DNA from: Anaerolineae bacterium
GTDB lineage: Bacteria; Chloroflexota; Anaerolineae; UBA4142
Direction: 5' to 3'
DNA length: 64,000 nucleotides
NCBI GenBank assembly: GCA_034435055.1
Contig: DAOTXS010000097.1
Location: 66,864 to 130,863 of the forward strand
The position numbers were made by a program, and so were the translations under genes. How positions within the stretch are numbered: the first letter of the stretch is position 1; every line of letters begins with the position of its first letter. This document shows positions 59,400 through 64,000 of this stretch, piece by piece. Below the pieces are notes generated by a model. It did not search any database, was not told the DNA's origin, and saw only the letters and a program-made list of their open reading frames with translations.

Positions 59400-61769
59400 A
59401 TGTCTGAGACAATCCTGCGAGCAACTCCATTTGTGATGGGGTTGCTCGCATACGGTTTAAGCAAACGCTGGATAAACGGACGTGGTTTCGTTCTCTCGCG
59501 TCGGGTTGCCGACCGCAGTGTTGTGATTTTGGCGATCATCTACTTTATAATTTTTGGAACACTCACGCTCTTGTTGCATTTTTCGTTGAATGGCGCGGAC
59601 GACGATGTGGGACTTTTTCATCAAGTCGTGTGGAACTCATTACACGGGCGATTGCTCGAAACCTCGTTATTGTCAGATGTTACATCGCTCATCCAACAAC
59701 GGTTTTCGCCGATTCTGCTTGCCTTCGTCCCTTGGTATGCAGTTTGGACAAGTCCGGCGGTTCTGTTGCTAATTCAAACGTTGGGGATTGCGGTTGGAGT
59801 ATTTCCACTTTATTGGATTGCGCGCGCGAAAATTGGAAATGGATTTGGCGTTCTGCTTGCAGCGGTGTATTTTCTTTTTCCGGCTTTAGAGCACGTTAAC
59901 TTGTACGGCTTTCACGAAATCGCGCTGGCGATTCCAGTTTTGGCGTACGCTTGCTTCTTTCTTTTACGCAAGCGTCTGGATGCATTTTTCATTTGCGTTC
60001 TTTTGTCTCTTTTGATCAAAGAAGATTTAGCGCTCACGGCGGCGGGATTGGGTGTCTATCTGTTTCTGGTGTTGCGCAAACGATGGCTGGGTTTAATCCT
60101 GTGTTTTGGATCGATAGCGTGGTTTGTTTTCCTCTTACAATGGCTCATTCCATTTTTTCGCGGCGCGCCGGAAGGGTACGGCTATTACTATTTCGGCAGC
60201 GGTTTTGCGGCTGGGTTTGGACGTTATGATTATTTGGGTAACAGTCTCTCGCAGATCATTTTGACCATTCTCACGCGCCCAGACCTTGTGGTCTCTCATT
60301 TGTTCGTCGAGCGCAAAATCGATTACCTTATCAATTTGTTGGTGCCACTTGGCTTGTTGCCGTTCGTCGGACTTGAAATCGCCGCGCTGGCAATTCCATC
60401 ACTCGCAATTTCTGTGCTGAGCGATTATCCGCTCCAGACCTCGCTTGCTTCACATTATGCCGCGCCAACCCTTGTGCCTTTGTTTTTTGCGGTGCCGCTT
60501 GCCATCGAACGTTTGATAAAGCTGGGTCAAGCGCGGAACGAAAAATTTGCGCGCGCACTGGGTGTTGGTGTTTTGCTGATTCTAGCATCGCTGGCGAATT
60601 ATTATCTGCTTTCGCCCGGTCCACTTGCCCGGAATTTCAAGCCGGAAAAATACGCGGTTACCGCGCGCACTTTTGCCGGTTACGAACTCTTGAGTAAAAT
60701 TCCTGCTGATGCGGTTGTGGTGGCGCAACGGGGGTTGGTTCTCCACATTTCAGGTCGCGCGGGCGCGCATGAATTTCCCGGGTCGCCCGATTTTTGCCGG
60801 GAAGAGTACGTGATTGTCGATGAGACGCAGTACGCTTTTCAGGCATTCCAGGACGACTGGCAAAAATATATGCGGTCGGGTTATTTTGAAATTGCGCAGG
60901 CAAAAGAGGGATTCATTCTTGCGTCGCGCCGTGTGGCAAATCGCCCCAGCGGAATTTCGTTTGGAAATCAATTGACGCTTGCCAATTATTTACTGATTAC
61001 GGATTCTGCGCGCGGCGGTTCGGTGATTTGTCCGATTGTCGAGTGGCGGGCGGCGCGCGCAATTCCTGGCGCATACATTATCCACGCGCGACTGGTTGAT
61101 TCGCGCGGGCACGTCATCGCGCGCGATGACCGCGAGCCACGGCGCGGACTCTTGCCGACGAATCGATGGACGTCGGGGCAATCGATCCCCGATCAATTTA
61201 CTTTTGACATTCCATCGACCGCGCCGAGTGGAATGTATGCAATCACCGTCGGCGTTTACGATCCTGTAACTGATCGTTATTTGGAGCCACGCGACGCAAA
61301 CGGAACCGCTCTCGACTATGAAGCGCCGCTTGCAACACTCAAGATCCAAAAAGATGTGTCGAGCAAAACGGCAAGCGAATTGTACATTGAAAATCCTTTG
61401 ATGATCGATATGGGCGAAATTCGCTTGCTGGGTTTGGCGTCTCTGCCAAAAACGATTGAACCGGGACAACGCCTCGCCGTTGGATTGTATTGGCGTGCGC
61501 GCGCCCAACCGCGCGGCGATTATCACGTGCAGGTTACTTTGAAAAATGCGGCAGACATTACGGTGCTGGAAAAATCTAGTGCGCCGGCGGCGGGAACTTA
61601 TCCGACGTCACAATGGCACATGGGCGAAGTCTTGCTCGATTGGCATGACCTTGACCTGCCAAGCGATCTGGAATCGGGCGAATATCGAGTGATGGTTTAC
61701 TTGCGCGATTCAGCAAAACAGATTATCTTGGGGCAAGCTCAAGTGGCTCTAATCAAAATCGAAAATTAG
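59400..61769 (+). CDS. DUF2079-like polytopic membrane protein with a large C-terminal extracytoplasmic domain (putative GT-C-type glycosyltransferase)
   Basis: It has about 12 TM helices in the first ~400 aa ('FHQVVWNSLHGRLLETS...RFSPILLAFVPWYAVW'), followed by a soluble beta-rich region. The family assignment is from memory. Confidence 0.55.
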   Translation: MSETILRATPFVMGLLAYGLSKRWINGRGFVLSRRVADRSVVILAIIYFIIFGTLTLLLHFSLNGADDDVGLFHQVVWNSLHGRLLETSLLSDVTSLIQQRFSPILLAFVPWYAVWTSPAVLLLIQTLGIAVGVFPLYWIARAKIGNGFGVLLAAVYFLFPALEHVNLYGFHEIALAIPVLAYACFFLLRKRLDAFFICVLLSLLIKEDLALTAAGLGVYLFLVLRKRWLGLILCFGSIAWFVFLLQWLIPFFRGAPEGYGYYYFGSGFAAGFGRYDYLGNSLSQIILTILTRPDLVVSHLFVERKIDYLINLLVPLGLLPFVGLEIAALAIPSLAISVLSDYPLQTSLASHYAAPTLVPLFFAVPLAIERLIKLGQARNEKFARALGVGVLLILASLANYYLLSPGPLARNFKPEKYAVTARTFAGYELLSKIPADAVVVAQRGLVLHISGRAGAHEFPGSPDFCREEYVIVDETQYAFQAFQDDWQKYMRSGYFEIAQAKEGFILASRRVANRPSGISFGNQLTLANYLLITDSARGGSVICPIVEWRAARAIPGAYIIHARLVDSRGHVIARDDREPRRGLLPTNRWTSGQSIPDQFTFDIPSTAPSGMYAITVGVYDPVTDRYLEPRDANGTALDYEAPLATLKIQKDVSSKTASELYIENPLMIDMGEIRLLGLASLPKTIEPGQRLAVGLYWRARAQPRGDYHVQVTLKNAADITVLEKSSAPAAGTYPTSQWHMGEVLLDWHDLDLPSDLESGEYRVMVYLRDSAKQIILGQAQVALIKIEN

Positions 61770-61775
61770 TTTTAT

Positions 61776-63272
61776 ATGTACCAAATCGTTCAGCTCCAAC
61801 CAACCGATGACCTTGCCGCGATCCGCGCGCGCATCGAAACAGCAGAATTTGCACATCTGGTGCTTGTCGTTCCACACGATTGCCCCGCACTTGGAAATCG
61901 CAGTGGTCTGCAATTGTTGCGACGCGCGGCGGATGACCTGGGGGCGGAAATTGCGCTGGTCGCGCATAATCCCTTCGCGCGGGCGCACGGCGCAGAATTT
62001 GGCTTTCCGGTTTTTACATCGATTCCGCAGGTGCAACGCGCGCGCTGGCAAATGTCGGAACCGGCGCGCGCCAGCAGTCGCGCGAGCAAACCGCCGACAG
62101 AATCGCCAGAATCGGCAGCGTCGATGCAACGCACGATGCAAGAGTGGCGCGGCACACTCATCGTTATGGCGATTGTGGTGTTGCTCTTGTCGTGCGCTGC
62201 TGTGTTCATTGTGCCGACGGCTCAAATTCAATTGGTGCCGTCCGCCGTCGCGCTGAATGTTGCAACGGACATTATTATCGATTCATCGATTGGCGCGGTG
62301 AGTGCGGAAACGCGCGCAATTCCGGCGCGGCGCATCAACAAAGAAATCAGTGGCACGTTGCAATTGCGAACGACCGTTACTAAAACCGTACCCGACGCGC
62401 GCTCGACCGGCACGGTTACGTTTACCAATCTGCGCGCCGAAGAAATTACAATTCCACCCGGCACCATCGTGCGCACGAGCGCCGGCGTGCCCATTCGATT
62501 TTCGACGCAGACGACGGTTACGCTTCCCGGCGGTGTCAACAATCGCGTCGATGCGCCGATTCAGGCAGTCGATCCCGGCCCCACCGGCAATGTCCGCGAA
62601 CTGGCGATCAACACCGTCGAAGGTTCGTTCACATTATCGCTGCGAGTGATCAACACCAAACCGACGGTAAGCGGCACGTTGCGTTCCGTGCGCGTCGTAA
62701 CCGCCGACGATAAAAAGAAATTGGAAGAGCAACTTCTTCAGCAATTGAAGCAACAAGCGCCGGGCGTGTTGAACGTCGGCTTGAAACCGGGGGAGTTTAT
62801 CCCGCCGGATTCCATCTTGGTCGATATTCAGGATCGGCAATTTGATCGCGCCGTCGATGAGCCAGCCGACGCGGTGACACTCAAAGCGACCGCGAACGCG
62901 TTTGGTTTGGCGATTGATCGCGCCGATCTGGAAGCCGTAATGGAAACGTTGTTGGAAAAACAATTACAAACCGGGTATCGACTTTTGGAAAATGGCGTCG
63001 CGGTCGAGATTTTGCCGGGCGGTAAATTTCAAGGCATCCAATTGCGCCAGCCGATTCGCGCGATTGGTTACGCAATTCCACAAATCGATCCCGCCAAAGT
63101 GGCGGCGGGTGTGCAAGGCAAATCGATTGAAGAGGCTCAAGCATTTTTGGCGAGCCGCTTGACGCTTGCGCAACCGGCAAACATTCGCATCGTGCCGCCG
63201 CTCTGGCCCCGATTGCCGTGGCTCGCGTTTCGCATTGCCGTGTTCATCGAGGAACCGAGGGTGAATCGATGA
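61776..63272 (+). CDS. Single-pass membrane protein; extracellular part resembles the baseplate J/gp47-like family
   Basis: The TM helix is 'LIVMAIVVLLLSCAAVFIV'. The segment 'VTFTNLRAEEITIPPGTIVRTSAGVPIRFSTQTTVTLPGG...IQAVDPGPTGNV' resembles baseplate J-like repeats. It forms an ATGA overlap with ruvX. Confidence 0.4.
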   Translation: MYQIVQLQPTDDLAAIRARIETAEFAHLVLVVPHDCPALGNRSGLQLLRRAADDLGAEIALVAHNPFARAHGAEFGFPVFTSIPQVQRARWQMSEPARASSRASKPPTESPESAASMQRTMQEWRGTLIVMAIVVLLLSCAAVFIVPTAQIQLVPSAVALNVATDIIIDSSIGAVSAETRAIPARRINKEISGTLQLRTTVTKTVPDARSTGTVTFTNLRAEEITIPPGTIVRTSAGVPIRFSTQTTVTLPGGVNNRVDAPIQAVDPGPTGNVRELAINTVEGSFTLSLRVINTKPTVSGTLRSVRVVTADDKKKLEEQLLQQLKQQAPGVLNVGLKPGEFIPPDSILVDIQDRQFDRAVDEPADAVTLKATANAFGLAIDRADLEAVMETLLEKQLQTGYRLLENGVAVEILPGGKFQGIQLRQPIRAIGYAIPQIDPAKVAAGVQGKSIEEAQAFLASRLTLAQPANIRIVPPLWPRLPWLAFRIAVFIEEPRVNR

Positions 63273-63691
63273 AATATCTTGGACTCGATGTGGGTAACAA
63301 ACGCATCGGCGTCGCATTTGGCGATTCCGATTTGCGGCTTGCCACGCCGGTCGATGTGATCATGCGCGGGTCACTGGAGCAAGATGCGCAGGTGCTTGCA
63401 AATTTGGTACGCGAGTACGATGCGGCGCAATTGATTGTCGGCTTGCCGCGCAATATGGACAATTCGCAAGGCGAGCAGGCGGAAGCAGTTATCGAGTACG
63501 CGCAAACGATTGCGGAAAGAATTCTTGTGCCAATCGTTTTTTGGGACGAACGCTTGACAACGGTGGAAGCAACCAAGCGCGCGCACGAAACCGGCGCGCG
63601 TGGAAAAAAATCCCGGCGCGGGATCGACGCGCTTGCCGCCGCCGTTTTGTTACAAGATTATTTGGACAGCCAAGCCGATGAAACTCATTAG
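63269..63691 (+). CDS. ruvX: Holliday-junction resolvase-like / pre-16S rRNA nuclease RuvX (YqgF)
   Basis: It begins 'MKYLGLDVGNKRIGVAFGD' and contains 'GLPRNMDNSQGEQAE' and 'DERLTTVEA'. Confidence 0.93.
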   Translation: MKYLGLDVGNKRIGVAFGDSDLRLATPVDVIMRGSLEQDAQVLANLVREYDAAQLIVGLPRNMDNSQGEQAEAVIEYAQTIAERILVPIVFWDERLTTVEATKRAHETGARGKKSRRGIDALAAAVLLQDYLDSQADETH

Positions 63692-64000
63692 CATTTTACT
63701 TTTCGCATTGATCCTAGTCGGATGCAGTTCTGCCGAGCCGGGCAGTTTGCTCGTTTCGGAAAATCAATTGCCCACACCATCCCGCATCGAAGATATGCCG
63801 GCGTACTTGTACTTGCAACAGCACAAGGACGAATTGAACAAGCCCGCCGGCAACGACGCGACGCCGGTGCAATTCACCGTTGCGCCCGGCGAATTGCCAA
63901 CGGACATTGCCGTGCGTTTGCAGAAACAGGGCTTGATCAAGAACGTTGATTTGTTCATCAATCTAGTCAAGTACACCAAAGTTGCCACCAAAATTCAGGC
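63678..64000 (+). CDS. mltG: Endolytic murein transglycosylase MltG/YceG (5' part; runs off the window)
   Basis: Absent from the ORF track because it is open-ended. My translation is MKLISILLFALILVGCSSAEPGS...PVQFTVAPGELPTDIAVRLQKQGLIKNVDLFINLV. It has a lipobox and the YceG-type 'F.V..G....I...L...G.I' pattern. It sits in the conserved ruvX-mltG position. Confidence 0.7.
   Translation, partial: MKLISILLFALILVGCSSAEPGSLLVSENQLPTPSRIEDMPAYLYLQQHKDELNKPAGNDATPVQFTVAPGELPTDIAVRLQKQGLIKNVDLFINLVKYTKVATKIQ

Noticed and set aside
61776-63272. The baseplate J-like similarity as a sign of a prophage or tailocin.
   Set aside because: It is an isolated gene with a TM anchor, embedded in a housekeeping neighbourhood and translationally coupled to ruvX. 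There are no tail, capsid, terminase or integrase genes in the window.

Overview
The window reads as a moderately GC-rich chromosomal segment. It is most likely from a Chloroflexi-type bacterium: it has Chlor_Arch_YYY/TIGR03663-like membrane proteins, a T-box leader, an archaeal-type AspRS, CarD, and alaS...ruvX-mltG synteny. Coding density is high and many neighbouring genes have 4-nt start/stop overlaps.

Layout:
(1) <1-17226, minus strand: a roughly 17-kb operon. It encodes sugar-modifying enzymes, five very large polytopic (GT-C-like) membrane protein modules, and two secreted Cys-rich proteins.
(2) 18.1-29.3 kb: an aldo/keto reductase plus a complete group-1 [NiFe] uptake hydrogenase locus (small, large, cyt b, protease, an embedded cytochrome c, hypA-F-C-D-E, no hypB). 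The block is bracketed by two inverted copies of a ~122-bp palindromic MITE-like repeat.
(3) 29.4-34.7 kb: an AT-richer orphan nuclease-like gene and an ABC importer.
(4) 34.7-48.5 kb: housekeeping genes (DUF89, YbjQ, LysM/M23, CarD, T-box-controlled aspS, tryptophanase/TPL-like lyase, isoprenoid genes, acpP, mobA-fdhD-moeA).
(5) 48.5-55.4 kb: a histidine kinase with two CxxCH motifs and a NarL-type regulator, next to a Tat-FeS / AOR-family oxidoreductase / triple-repeat protein operon.
(6) 55.4-64 kb: alaS, two large membrane proteins, ruvX, and the start of mltG.

The most unusual genome-scale signal is a family of heptanucleotide-periodic imperfect hairpin repeats. There are nine loci, and six are read through in-frame inside hypF and the giant membrane-protein genes. 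A second palindromic element (GTCATTGCGAG...CTCGCAATGAC) is also inserted in-frame in one gene.

Other points worth a second look:
- A Cys->Asn replacement at a proximal-cluster ligand of the hydrogenase small subunit.
- An apparent Asn (AAC) specifier in the T-box upstream of aspS.
- Several promoter-proximal terminator-like leaders.

No rRNA, tRNA, CRISPR array, transposase or integrase was recognised. All calls rest on reading the sequence and on motif memory. No database search was run.
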